The position numbers and the translations under genes are program-made. The notes beneath the pieces were generated by a model. That model had not been told where the DNA came from, searched no databases, and saw nothing but the letters and a program-made list of their open reading frames with translations. A DNA stretch of 64,000 bases from Asterionella formosa (Eukaryota), in assembly GCA_002256025.1 (NCBI GenBank), contig NKIB01012347.1, positions 1-64,000 of the forward strand, given 5' to 3'. Below are positions 36,507-49,836 of the stretch, one piece after another (within the stretch, counting starts at the first letter, position 1; each line of letters begins with the position of its first letter).

Positions 36507-36960
36507 TCTGTTACTTGATTGAACCACTTCGTCAATTGGGGTTGTTCTGCTATTCCATCCATCAATCATGCTTGCAAGCTGCTTGTGCCTTCACATTTGT
36601 TGAATTCGGATTTCGTTCGTTATAGAATCTGTGACGTACAGCAGAAGTTAAGTTCTCCTTTCCATGGGAAAAAGTGTTACACTCCATATGCTCATCTGTA
36701 CGTCAGTGCGAAGCGCGACGATGAGATAAAATCGCCATTGTCAGCTGCGATTTCACTGCTCGGAGTTGTCGACTGAAGGGATGCTTATGAAGCCGGCAAC
36801 TTTGTTTCCTGCTCTCGCTAAGTGGACATGAGTTGCTTTGTGGACCAGGAGTAGTGTGTCAGTCTCGCGAAACAACGAGCAGACAGCTATTTATCATTTC
36901 TATCCATTCATGTGTACTTTACATTTATTTTTCCATAAAATTTAAGTTTTTTTCAATTAA

Positions 36961-38121
36961 CTAAACCATTCCAGACTTAATCGCATTGCCTTCTTTGACA
37001 GGAGTCATCGAATAAAAGTCCGGCGACGCACCAACAGGTAAACTTGTTATCGACACTCGAGCACCAACCTTGGTGTCACCTTGAGGAATACCCACTCGGC
37101 GCATATGAATCGACAAGGCTGGCCTTCCCTTCAGGAAGAGCTCGTGATAGTATCCACCGCAGTCAGGTCCAGAAGAAATTCTCTGAAATCCATACAGGTT
37201 CAATTGTCGTTGAAAGGATGACAGACGTGATTGTCTGAAGTAATTGGGCATAATTTCACGACAAAAACGTTCTGCGTGGTGAATACCAAATGCACGACCA
37301 TGAGGATAGAACGAAATGACATCACTCTTCCCGATCTCGGCAGTTTCTCGGAGCATCCGGTAAAGCTTCTCGGGAAATGGCTCGGTAACTCCTCCTCGAG
37401 TGCGACGACTAGACAAGGTGGCTTCGTCGGGGTCTTCTAGGGAGGAAGCATCAAAATAAGGAGCGTTCGCCTTGCGTCGAGCATCATTACCAAGTGTCTC
37501 CAGCGCTCTGGTATTGCTATCCTTCGGACTGACGAGATCAGCAACCGTTCCCTTGATGACGCCAACAGAAGTGGGAACTGGCTGAACATGCAATGATGCT
37601 GGCTCTACACTTTTAGAGCGAAACAAACACAAAATAGCTTCTTCGCGATCTCTCTGATAAGCTTCAGATATCGTTGCTTCACGCTGAACTGCATTCAAAA
37701 CTTCTAGATTTCGTGACTCCGATTGGACGGCTTGCAGAAGTGCAAGATTCCGTGACTCAGGAACTCCGCCACTTCGCCTGGCTGAGATGGAGGGGAAATT
37801 GAAACAGTTTACGGCCGAGGGAGTTGAACGCTGTTGCTGTACCCTCGACAAAGACAATGCATCGAAAGGAATAGCATTAAAGGAGAGAGAAGCAAGAAAA
37901 GCGGGATCAGTATTCAATCCACCCGACAACACGGAGGAACTGCGGAGGAATTTGTTTTGGAAGGCTGACACGTGAGCAGAAACATTGGAAAACGATCGTC
38001 CTCCATTGAGAATGGCGGCAATGAGAGCAGGATTCAAACTTCCAGCATCTCGTTGGATGTTCAGCAAGGTGGCAACACAATGATCAGTGCGGCCCGAAGA
38101 AGACGAGTGAGAAGGCATCAT
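36961..38121 (-). CDS. Heat-shock-factor (HSF) family transcription factor
   Basis: C-terminal HSF DNA-binding domain PFPEKLYRML...HGRAF...IMPNYFRQSRLSSFQRQLNLYGF.RI..GPD.GGYYHELFLKG. Confidence 0.92.
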   Translation of the reverse strand: MMPSHSSSSGRTDHCVATLLNIQRDAGSLNPALIAAILNGGRSFSNVSAHVSAFQNKFLRSSSVLSGGLNTDPAFLASLSFNAIPFDALSLSRVQQQRSTPSAVNCFNFPSISARRSGGVPESRNLALLQAVQSESRNLEVLNAVQREATISEAYQRDREEAILCLFRSKSVEPASLHVQPVPTSVGVIKGTVADLVSPKDSNTRALETLGNDARRKANAPYFDASSLEDPDEATLSSRRTRGGVTEPFPEKLYRMLRETAEIGKSDVISFYPHGRAFGIHHAERFCREIMPNYFRQSRLSSFQRQLNLYGFQRISSGPDCGGYYHELFLKGRPALSIHMRRVGIPQGDTKVGARVSITSLPVGASPDFYSMTPVKEGNAIKSGMV

Positions 38122-40142
38122 CTTGAAATTGTGGTACCAGGTAGGTAGGTACCCTGTGCAAAACTACCAGGACTTCCCTATTCGTCAGAAGGCCTGTTTT
38201 AGTAATTCATCCAAGCGAAGGCGTCCTTGTTCATTAGCTTCATCAGCCAGGTATTCTACTGTTCGTTCTCCGTGAATACCGGTAGCTTTATGTAGAATAG
38301 TCCATTCGACATCTGAATGCTGTTCGCTCTCAATGACTGCACAGAAGAAACAGGACACTAGTCATGTACGTAAATATAGGTACCTGGTACCAGGTATCGT
38401 TGAAAATGAAAGTTAATGGGCATTTTACCTCCTGGTAGACTACCGGCAGTAAGTACAATGTACCTGGTATGTGTTTCCTACTACAGGGTACAGTACCTAT
38501 ATAGACAGCCATGATACCGGTAATCAGCAATGGAAAGCAGCTGGACTACATGAGAATACCGGCATACACGGAGTTTAAATGCCGTAGCAGTATACGAAGT
38601 ACGAGGTAACGGGAGAAAATATCAATAGAAATAAATATGCCATATGTACATATTTCCTTTGAAAAATCGAATTCAGTCCACCAAATGAAATCCTGAGCGA
38701 TAGTACACATACTACTGTAAATCATTATCTTTTATGTTCAAGACCCCGGTGCAAGGTCATTGAGATGCCCTCCGATATTTACCTTTACTTCTAATATAAT
38801 CAATCAATTAGTACATTGAACTACGCCTATGATAGATCATCCGATAAGTCGTCTACGGTATGAACATTAACATCGACCGACACACCCGGGCTTATGATGG
38901 TATATTAGTAATTATTCCAAAGATTTCTTTTTGTTGTTGAAGATTCAGTGACTGCGTTAGAAGGTCGGTGGTACCTGGTACCGCCAGGTACCCACCCTGT
39001 CCCGATATTTCAACTCTACTCCTTGGGCATTACCACCGCATCGACCAAATATCAAGCCAAATGAAGTTGAAGGTCATTACATGTCATGATGATGCGTCAT
39101 ATTTGTCGAAGAAGCAACAATACCGGTATTTTAGCCACCGCATCAACCAAGATCAAATATGCTTTGGTCTTGGTCGAGAATGACCCCCTTTTCGACCATA
39201 AATATCAAGCAAGTTGTGCAGTAGATGAGAAATTTTGCTTTGTTTTCCTTATAGTAAAACAGTCATTTACCACAACTCGTAAGTATTTCGGCGATTCGAC
39301 TCCGAACGTAGCCAAATACACTTACATTAGCATAGATAGTGGCTCGTGCCGCCACCCTAGCTAACCTTTGCTTATGGTTTAATTGGTGCACAAAGACTTA
39401 CAATGCATTTAACAAACTGGATTGATGAACCGGTAGACAATTAATATAGAGAATTTATAAACAACAGTATATATACCTTTGAATAAGAATAATAGCAGCT
39501 ATTTATAAAACCATCACATAGCTACATAAAATATGATTTCTTGCTGAATATTTTCCTTCAGGTCCTTGACAGTCCCAATGAGATGTCGTCATCCATTATC
39601 ATCAAAGCAGGATACTACAGGAGCAGCAGCAGCTGACAAGGATTCTTCATTGTTGGTTTCATACAAGACCAGTGCAACTACTAGAAAGTTTCAAGGCAGC
39701 ATTGTTCCTCAGCATGTGCCATGATGTGTCATCATTGGCAGACTGCTGCATGTGCCAGGCTAGAATCGATCTCTCCTTCCCTCATAGATCGAAATTATTC
39801 TCGACTTTGCTAAACATTATGTGAAATTATGCCATGCGTACATTGTGTAACAGTTTACCAGCCATGTCAATGGTCAATCAATCGGCTGATGAATTAAAAT
39901 AAGAAAAACAAGAGAGTTGCGCCATTTAACGAAGCGCTTCACACCAGTGGCGCAATACGACTTCCTTTATGTTGTTTAATGGAACAAAAAGAAAAAGGAA
40001 TAAGGTGTTATCCAAGTGGATCTCAATAGCTGAAGTGCTGTCAGTCTCCACTGTCCCACCTGTCATCCCACTGATGATCTTGATGTAGAAGTAGACAATT
40101 GCTTCTAAATGCAGGTAAAATAAAATAGATTACATGTAATAC

Positions 40143-40830
40143 TACTATCTCATTCTATTCTATTCCCCAATCAATTAAGATGTTCAACGTCATGGAAAGG
40201 TCTCATAGTTGTCAAGTTATGGAATAACCATAGTGGAAACCTATCATTTCAGTTTTGTGTGTTTATGCTGCAACATGACATGATGACCATTCTATGTTGT
40301 TTGCCATTGTTGCAATAATGATATATGGATAAAATTTCATTCTATACTACTCCCGATTCAATTGAGATGTTCAACATCATGGAAAGGTCTCATAGTTGTC
40401 AAGTTATGGAATAACCAGTAGTAGAAGAAACCTATCATTTCAATTTGTGTGTTTATGCTGCAACATGACATGATGACCATTCTATGGCCTTGGTCATTGT
40501 TACAATAATGATGTATGGATACTATCTCATTTTATACTACTCTCCAGTCAAGTGATATGTCCAACATAAAGGAAAGGTTCCATTGTGTTCAAGTTGTGGA
40601 ATAACCAGTAGTAGAAACACATCATTTCAATTTTGTTTGTAGATGCTACAACATGAAATGATGAGCGAGGAGGCCCTTTCCATGGCGTTGGGATACTATC
40701 TTATTCTATTCCAAATGAATGGATCTGTCTTTTTTTATGAAACGATCTAATCATCATACCGTTATTGAATAATCAGTATCTGGAAGATTTCGTTATTTTT
40801 AGTAGTGTGCGCTTGTGAAGCAACATGTTG
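40143..40830. repeat. ~187-bp tandem repeat x~3.5
   Basis: Units start at ~40145, 40334, 40522 and 40696 and share TCAAC.TCATGGAAAGGTCTCATAGTTGTCAAGTTATGGAATAACC...GCAACATGACATGATGA. Confidence 0.85.
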
Positions 40831-41145
40831 TTGAATCCTGCTTTAATTATATGGTAAGCATCCAAATAAGGCTTCAATTAGGTAGAATTTTTTGAAAGTT
40901 ATTTTGAAATGTTGCACTTGGAATATCCTTTCACATTAACTTTCTACTAGATAGAAATTAAATAGAGTATTAAACTAGAGATCATGAGCAGATGATAATT
41001 TATCAAATCTTGCTGTTCGTCATGATGTAAATAGTATGCAAGAAGTGAATGACTTTTTCTATATAACTTATGAATTGAACACCGGTCATTTTATTTTTAT
41101 ACTAAGCAAAGAATAATATAAAGTAAATTTTAAATTGATTATTTT

Positions 41146-42819
41146 CTAGATTTCATCTGCAGGAGCAAGTGTCCTTCCCACCGTTTTTCCTATGATCACA
41201 TCATTCCAAAAATGCCGGTTCATCTTTAGAAAAATTATGGCTTCAAATACAAGTGGTGATGTTGACTTTCTGACATATGTTAAAACATTTTTCGCAATAG
41301 AGAAGGGTCTCTTGCAGCTGACAGTTGTTCCCACAAGAAAATCAAGACAAATTTAATCATCATGGAAAGAGGACCCAAGAGCACTCTTGCGTCGCTTGAT
41401 TCTCTGCTGAATTGTGTTAGCATAATTGATCTGGGACACCATCTCCTCACCACTTTCAGCACTAGTGGGAGAATCATCATCATCTTCTAGCAGTTAATGG
41501 GGGAGACCAGCATTTTGCTACTTCCTGACAAGTCTTATCACGGCCCGACTCTTAATGTTATTCAATTGTTCCCCTTCCATAATCTTTGCGGTGGCTATCT
41601 CAAATACCTTGTCCTGCTAAATGTTAGCATCAACTCCCAGGTGTTTTTGGAATTCAGGGTAGTCTTCTAGTACATGATCAAAGATATCTCGGACATTCAA
41701 AAATGTAATGCCCTGTTTCTGTAGAGCCAGTGTCCCCTCATTAAACTTCTTCATGTGTGTGAATGAGGCTTGCAGCTCCCGAAACTCAACAAATGCGAGC
41801 ATGCAGGGTGCCAAAGACTCGACCTGCTCCAAATGAGACTTAATCTTGAAAAAGCGAGCAATCATCATGTATTGGGAAGACCACCTCGTTGTATTTTCAG
41901 TCACTGCCTCAAGGCAAGAAGTATACTGCCTTAAAGCGGCTGTGTTTTTGAGGGTACTTGTCTTCTTCATGAGGATGCTAAGCCTTGCAACAATTTTGAT
42001 AAGCAACAATTTTGATAAGATTTCAGTTGTCTGCCATCCAACTTTTAACTGCCAAGTTGAATTTATGAGACCCGCAACCCAATAATTGCACACCAAGAAG
42101 TGTTGCCATTCTCTGGTGGTTTACACTGCAGTTGTCAGCTGCTAGTAAGTATACAATGTTTTCATTTGACTTCCCATATAATGCCAAAAAGTTTTTGAAA
42201 TGTGTTGCACATGATCTGCCGCAGTCATTCCCAATACTCCATCACAAAGAAGGGGTCGAATGGAAAGCAGTGTCTCCACAGCAATATTTGAAATGGCATC
42301 GATGTATGAGGCATGAACAGCAATGTAGTGATCGGACCCCTCAGTCCATCCATCGAATACAATGACAAATTGATCAGGCATTTCTCCTTGATTTCACAAT
42401 TGACTTTAGCTTGAAGCAAAAAGAGCATTTCTTGTACTAGTGGTTTGGATGTTGTGGGACCATAACGCAATTCAGTTCGAGTTATCTCATCATCAACCTC
42501 AGCAAGCGGCATGTTTCCGATGACAAACCATTCAATCAAGCCAAACACGTCATCCTCGCTCCCTCTTACTGACTGTAGGCTTGAACGCTGCAAAGACATT
42601 GTGCTTCACAACCTGTACATATTCTTCTTGATATTTTGGTCCAGCGCACGCTTTCAGGTGATTGAGGATGAGATTTGTCCAACCATCACTATTCTTCTTT
42701 TACTGAAGAAGGCATTTCTTGCTTTCCCAAATTGGTGCCAGCCCATCTTCTGTAGTGTCACGGAACAAGAAAGAGATCATAGCCTTCTAGCTCACCTGCA
42801 TAGGACTTAAGAGCGCCAT
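41146..42819 (-). mobile_element. Degenerate hAT-family transposase gene
   Basis: BED-finger remnant (GWTNLILNHLKAC), catalytic VFDGWTEGSDHY, NTTRWSSQYMMIARF, and dimerisation domain FSIAKNVLTYVRKSTSPLVFEAIIFLKMNRHFW. Multiple frameshifts; TIRs not located. Confidence 0.85.
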
Positions 42820-45800
42820 GTTGTGATGCAGTAGAGAAGATTAGTATAATTTGTGGTTATTTTATTTTGCGGCATTTCCAGGCTGCGCGCTAGCTTTGAC
42901 ATCATGTACCCAAAATTTAGGTTTTTGTATTTTCACATGGAGCACTAGTCGTAAATGATAAGGTTTTTGATAGTACACTATGTCCTCGCCTAGTATGGGA
43001 AGCAATGGCATGTCGTTTTTTTGGTATAGACAAACAAATGAATTACTAGCTTCGCTGCCTATCAAATTTTTTGACTACTCCACATTCATTCTAGAAAGAA
43101 TATAGCATCAATGACTATAATGAGTCAGAAGGATTGTGATGGACTCGACCACAGTCTAATGAGTCAAATGATGCGTTCCCATGTCAAGAAGCTTGCTAAC
43201 GAGATTGATGGTGTTTTAGATCAATCAGAAGAAGGTTTGCATCAACAGAAAGGGAACACAAATAATGGGTTCTCAAAGTGTGATGAACGGGATTGAAAGT
43301 TAGTTTTATTTTAAGCTTATGATTAAGAAAGAGTGGTAATTGACAGTGTAAGGTCAATAGCGAAAAAATAGCGTGAAGGCTAGCAGCAAAATATAACAGT
43401 ATTGGTGGTACAACAGGTAAGAAGCCTCCATAAGAGGATACGCATCAGATGGGAAAGAGTACGTGACCTTTTAACAGCAGCATACTGCCAACCCAGTAAA
43501 AATGTTAAACTGTTCTGCAGTGGTCTGACTGCAATGCTAGCTCTTGCTTTGCTTCTAGACAAGCTCAGTGTATTGAAACCTTCTGTTCTAATCCCACCTT
43601 AGTGTGACCTTATTTGATCTATCTTGTAATCTTTCACATGACCAATTATCAAGGTTCTCTTCCCAATTTTTTATAGAGATATTCATTTTTCTTCTAGACA
43701 TTCAACTCTCAACTAACAACTCCACTCCACTTAATTAGTAAAACAATTGTGAATATTCAATGGTATCTGCATTGCATAAACACCTTTCCTTCAGTGAAAT
43801 ATTGATTAGTACTTAGAACAATCTCCTTTTGAATATTTACCTTGGTTTGCTGATATTGTTCTTGGCAATGAATGCTGTTCAAATTCTCACAGCATTCAAT
43901 ATGGGATTTTGGCTTGAAAATTATTCAAGAATGATTAGTTTAACTGAGCTAATGTGCACACAGTACTAAATCTTGACAAGTCATCACTGACCTATGATTC
44001 AAACAGTAGTTCACTCCTTCGCAGTACACTTGAAAGAGAAGTCGTAGATTAACCTGAAAGGAGTTCGAATTATTGAAAAATAGTATATATATATATCTCG
44101 ATGTATATACTAAGCAACGTAGGTGCTAGGCAGTAGATCGAAGGATCACGGTGAATTTAGGAGAATGTTGTAGGATAGATCTGACTCTATTGGTATTTCC
44201 AAATAAAGCGAGCTTATAGAATTAACTTTTAGCAAAAACTAAGTCATATATGAGTAAATCGACTCAAGTTCATGACAAGACTCAAAGATTGATTCATATA
44301 TGAGTAAAGATTGATTCATGTTCATGACTAGACCCAAAAAGGTCATGACTGGACTAATTTGGAGACACAAACAAGATTCATTTGACTTGTCTATTTCATC
44401 TCTCCCCCTCAGCAGAGCAAACAGACAACAACCACATAACTGCTTGCGTCTTGCTGTGAATTTGTCAGCCACAAGACCTTTTGTAAAGATATCAGCCAGG
44501 TTGGCTGCAGTAGCTATCCACCTTGACAATTTGAATAACTCCGGAAAGTACATATTCACGAAACCAATGATAAGCTACAGCAATGTGGTGCATAGTATGA
44601 GGAGTCATCTTTGGCATAGTAGATTGGGACATGCATGCACTATTATCTTCATAGACCTTTGAAAAAGATCGAAGAGCTGAACCTTTACCAATGTGTAGGG
44701 CTGTAGATGCTTCTTGAATGATATGACGGAGAGGAATGAGGTCCCGACAACTGGCAGAAAGAGCCTGGTATTCTGCTTCCATTGTAGATAGTGCAGTGGG
44801 AGTTTGTAATTTGGACATCCAGCAAGGGTTATGACATAGCCAGTTCGAGAGCAACAAGAACACACTGGATTAGTAGAGTCTTCTGAATCAAAGAGCCCAA
44901 CAAAGTCACTGTCACAATAACATTCAATATCAAAGGCATCAGGAGTAGGAGTAAAAATAATTCCTTGATCAAAACTGCCTTTAAGATACCGACAAATTTT
45001 CTTTACTGCTATTTCATGAGTAGCACGAGGACAATGAGAAAAGCGAGCACACTGATGAACAGCAAAAGCAATTTCAGGACGAGAACTAGAGGCCAAGTAA
45101 ATTAGCATGCCCACCAAAGACCGGTAGTTCCAAGCCTCAGTTGTAGGCAGACCATCCTTATCTGTTCCTAGAGTCTCCTTATTGGCTGGAGTAGAGCTAG
45201 CCCGACAGTCTTCGAGGCCAGTAGCTTGCAGAACACGCTTAATCAGACCCTCTTGCGTAAGTTTAAGTGAACCGTTCTCAGTTGATTTGTTAATTTGGAT
45301 GCCCAGAAAAGCAGCTAGATCTCCCTCTCGAGTCAATTCTAAGTCAATAGCCAAATTTTCAATCATAGCATCAATCTTGGTCCTATCACGACCAAGAATA
45401 AGAATCGAATCATCCACATATACCAGGTAGACCTTGTCAGCGTGAATAAAAAGGCATGGGTCTAACAATTACTGTGTGAAACCCCGTTGCTCAAGACATT
45501 CCTTCAATTTTAGGAACCAAGTCCTAGGTGCCTGTTTTGTTCCATACAATGATTTATTTAACCGAAGTACCATGTCTCCCCCCTGGGATCACCAAAATCT
45601 TTTGGCATTTCAACATATACCTCTTTATCAATGTCCGGTTGACAGAAGGCATTACTAAAATCGATTTGCTGAGTCGCAAGGTTTAACACAATGGACATCA
45701 CCAGTAAAGCAAGAACTGTGGACCATTGGACAACTGGAGCATATGTCTCAAAGAAGTCCACTCGTTCAACTTGCAGATCTCCGCGTACAAAAAACCGAGC

Positions 45801-48800
45801 CTTGCATTTACGTAAGCTGCCATCTGGAAACAACTTACGTTTGAAAGCCCAAATACGACCAGGTAAGATATTTTTACCCTGAACTGATTGACGTGTTACT
45901 AAAGTCCAGGTTTTCTTTCATGTAAGAGCAAAATTTTCGGTGACCATTGTAGCTTTAAAAGATTCATGATCAATGCTAGCCATGGCTTCCTGGTATCTAG
46001 GATTATCTGGGTCATTTCGACGTGCCATTGCAGCATAGACAAGTGGGTTAGAACACTCCAAGAGACCTGTTGTTGGATCTGTCATAACAGCAGCCAGGTT
46101 GGCCAAATCGGAGTCAAAGCCATGGGCGTCACTTTCTTCAACCAATTGGGAGAAGAAAGCATGGGCCAGGTGGCCTTCAGGGACATAACGAGTACCAAAC
46201 ACGCCAAAGTTTGTCCTGGTATTATGGCGAGATGTAGAAATTACAGTTGGTTTCATGCTAATAGAAGTTAAGTGAACAGGTGGAATTGGAGATACCGGTA
46301 AATTTGAGGTAGAAATAGTAGTTGGTGGATCATGGCCAGGAATTGCTGGTTCAGTAGAATGAGCAGCCATAAGAACATCCTGATCATCAACTGGGCAGAT
46401 ATAGGTAGTAGTAGGAGCGCTCTGAACAACCACAGCAGAGCCAGAGTTAGGTGTACTAACAGCAGGCTCTTTATGGGCTGAAGGAGCCGCAGTAGGCGGA
46501 GGAACCAGAGGAAACTCCCTCTTATTTGTTGGCAATTCATCCTTAGGTATATTCATACAAGGAAAGATCTTCGCTTGCATCTTTATGTGATGTTGAAAGC
46601 CATTTTGTTCACTGGAAGTTAACCAATCACCATGTAAGAAAACATGTTCATGTTCATCAATTTCAGTATGAAACCGGGATTCATGAAACAAAATTTCCCA
46701 GTGAGCTGGAGGATCATCAGAATCAGAGATGGACATGCATAACAGTGGTAAAGTAGTCATCAAAACTACTTGAAACTAAGGTGAAATGGTACCTACCTGT
46801 TTTTAGGTTCAGTAATAGGGGGACATTGCTACTATGAGAAGGAGAGATTATAAAAATCGCACGACGAGATTTAGGTTGCCAACGAGGGCGTTTCTAACCA
46901 TTCTGTAAAGTGGTATCCAGTACATAGCTACTAACAAGCAAGGGCAACCCCAGACACGAAAATCTTTAATTCCATGACGAGGCACAATGATAGTTGTGAA
47001 AATATCAAGGGGGGATTGACCAGATTTTGGGTTTGGCATATGTTTGTATACATGGACAGCATAGTCAACAGCAGCCATGGGCCAGAGAAGCATCAGCAGT
47101 TTCTGGCCATTGTAGGGAGGCATGGAGCATCATTACTCTAGCCATGTTTGAGACTGTACGAATGCTACGTTCAGCAGTACCATTTTGATGGTGAGCTCCG
47201 ACCCCACAATATTTCAAAATTTGACCTTTGGCACTAATTTCACTGGTAAACGCCAGTAGTATATTTTTGAACTAGCTAAGACACCTTGATTATATGCCCA
47301 ATTTTCGAAACGCATTTTCGAATGAATGGTCTCTTCTGAAGTAAAGCTAATTTGATGACGGACATAAAGTAGTCCAGATGCATGGTCAACAAAAATACAA
47401 CCGCCTTTATAAGTTGAGGCACGTTGTGATTTACCTTATGAGGTGTATAGATGACCTGCCTGGCACCTTTGATTCAAAATGATCAACTGAGGCACCTGAA
47501 CCTGGGAATAAATCATCACATTTTGTAGCTGCCTCCCTCTCAGGTGAAGGTGTAGAGAGGGTAGATGCAAGAGGACGACGATGGGCTTTGCCATATTCAC
47601 AAGCTGCACATTTGGGTGGAGTGCAACGGGCAGCGGCACGGACCTTATGACTGTTGCTAGAAGAAGGTTGACAAAGAAGCCATTGAATAAAATTAGAATT
47701 AAGATGTCCAAGACGAAAATGCCAATGAAGATATTCCTTTTGAGCCTCTGTTAGATTTTGGTTTACCTCCTATGTGACACACAAGTTAACTTTAGGGGAA
47801 GACACGCCATGATGTGGTAGGAGGATAGCTTGGCTGGTTAGTAGCCCATTCATAGGGTCATAGGGAACAGTGAGAATGGGGGAGTCATCAAATAGGAGTT
47901 GGGCATGTGCTGAAGAGATCACAAAAGTACCACTAACATTTTCAGTAGGACAAAAGATTTTCTGGGGAGAAAGCAAGCGATGTTTGCAGGTAGGGACATA
48001 AAAGGCCTTTAAATGAAGAGTTAGGAGGGGGCCATTATCAGAATAGAAAGACCATTTGACAGTTCCAATTCCTTCAACAACAACCAGACCAGTGGCGATG
48101 CCGCCAAGTAACAAAGGACGAGTAGAGGGAATAATCATTGGGCCAATAAAGTCACCTGAGTACCCACTGACAGGACGAGTGGCACCAGCCAGTGTCCCAA
48201 ATGACAGAAAACGTGCAGTGATGTCATTGGAATCCAGGAATGCCAAGGAAGGCCCTTCATTGATGAGAAAGACACTTGGGCAGTCATGAGTTGTCATTGA
48301 TTCAGAGTGGGAGCAAAAACAGTGGGCAGTAGGACATCTGCAAATTGAAAACATCTAATTTGTGTGATGCATCTTATAATGGCAATCATCACATGATCAT
48401 ATAAATTCGATTTATCATCTAATATGAATAATTTTTATCGTCTGAGAGAATATCATAAGTATATCTATATTCATACATGTATGTATTTATTTTTACCATC
48501 ACTGGCTGCAAACCATCAGCAACCATTCAATCTGAATTTGAATCATTCGTGTTGCAATAGGACAGTCATACATGGGAATATGTACATATCTGTACCTCAT
48601 TATTGTAGAGAATAGATTTCCATATACAGGTATATGGATATACATGTACAAGACTCCTTCTGTGTTAGTACTGGTACTGGTATATTATGTGAGTTTGTTT
48701 CATCTATTGTTGTTGTATAGCAGGTTCCGAAATGTTGTACAGTTCTTTTTGTAAGTAAACATACATACGTATACATTTGATATACATTTGATTTGAATTA

Positions 48801-49096
48801 AAATCATGTCCATCGTTGGGGCACCTACTACCAGTGCCGTATATATGTTGCACTGATATTTTTGTAGGTAAGCGTGCGTACCGTGTACGATTGATTTGAA
48901 TTTAAATCATGTCAATCACAGGGATAGGGTTAAGATGAGGGAGTGACAGGGAGTACCGTTACCGGTACTGGTAGACCTGGTACCTGGTACGCAACAATCA
49001 CACCTTCTTCTTGTACAAACAAGCAAGGTGACGTTGGTACCAGTACCTATAGGTGATGTTGCGTATGCAATGACACGTCTCGTACAAACAAGGTGA

Positions 49097-49836
49097 CCAG
49101 TAAAAAACTGCCATGACCCATTGAGTTAGGGTGTTTGTTTGACTCCTCCGACTAATGGTAAATTCTACCGAATTGCGGATCCGTTTGTTCGATAGTAACA
49201 GAGCAGCATCAATAAATCAAGCTGTCGTGTTAGAATTCTGATCGAACGATTTCATCAGAAGATACGATGATAATAAAACAGCTAAAAAGTGATATCAATG
49301 GGTCATGGCAGTATATACTTTTTTCTTGATAAACGAATATAAATTTATATACATTTTCGAGGACGGATTAGGTCATGTGTTAAAGCACTTGTCATGCGTG
49401 TTATTAGAAAGGTGCGATGAAAACCTGGTAGGTACTCCCTACCTGTTATACCCGTAATCATACATAGCGCATTTGCATGATGATGCTGTGCGTCTAAATA
49501 ATTTGCCATCTCCGTAGAAGTCAATACCAAGACAAGATATACTATATTGTCGCAAATGAGGTGAAGGTTCAAATCATTATATTGATCGTCGTATATCATA
49601 TGATGCGGTGACTTCTAAACTTACCCTAATCCGTTTCTTCATGGTTTTTCGGTCGATTGACCATTTCAGCCAATCTATCAAGATGAATAACTTGCTCCAA
49701 ATCTCAAACTAATTACGTGGCTGACTAGCCTATATGCTCGGGAAGGATCCAGAACTCTCAAAATCTATATTTATTTAAGTTTTGATTGCAAAACGTGTTT
49801 TTCTGCGTTCAATGGGTCACGGCAGTGTTTTACTGG
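49097..49836. mobile_element. MITE-like element, 740 bp, nested in the long-TIR element
   Basis: ~28-bp TIRs CCAGTAAAAAACTGCCATGACCCATTGA and TCAATGGGTCACGGCAGTGTTTTACTGG. Right flank is TA, left flank is GA. An extra internal TIR copy lies at 49295-49312. Confidence 0.75.
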
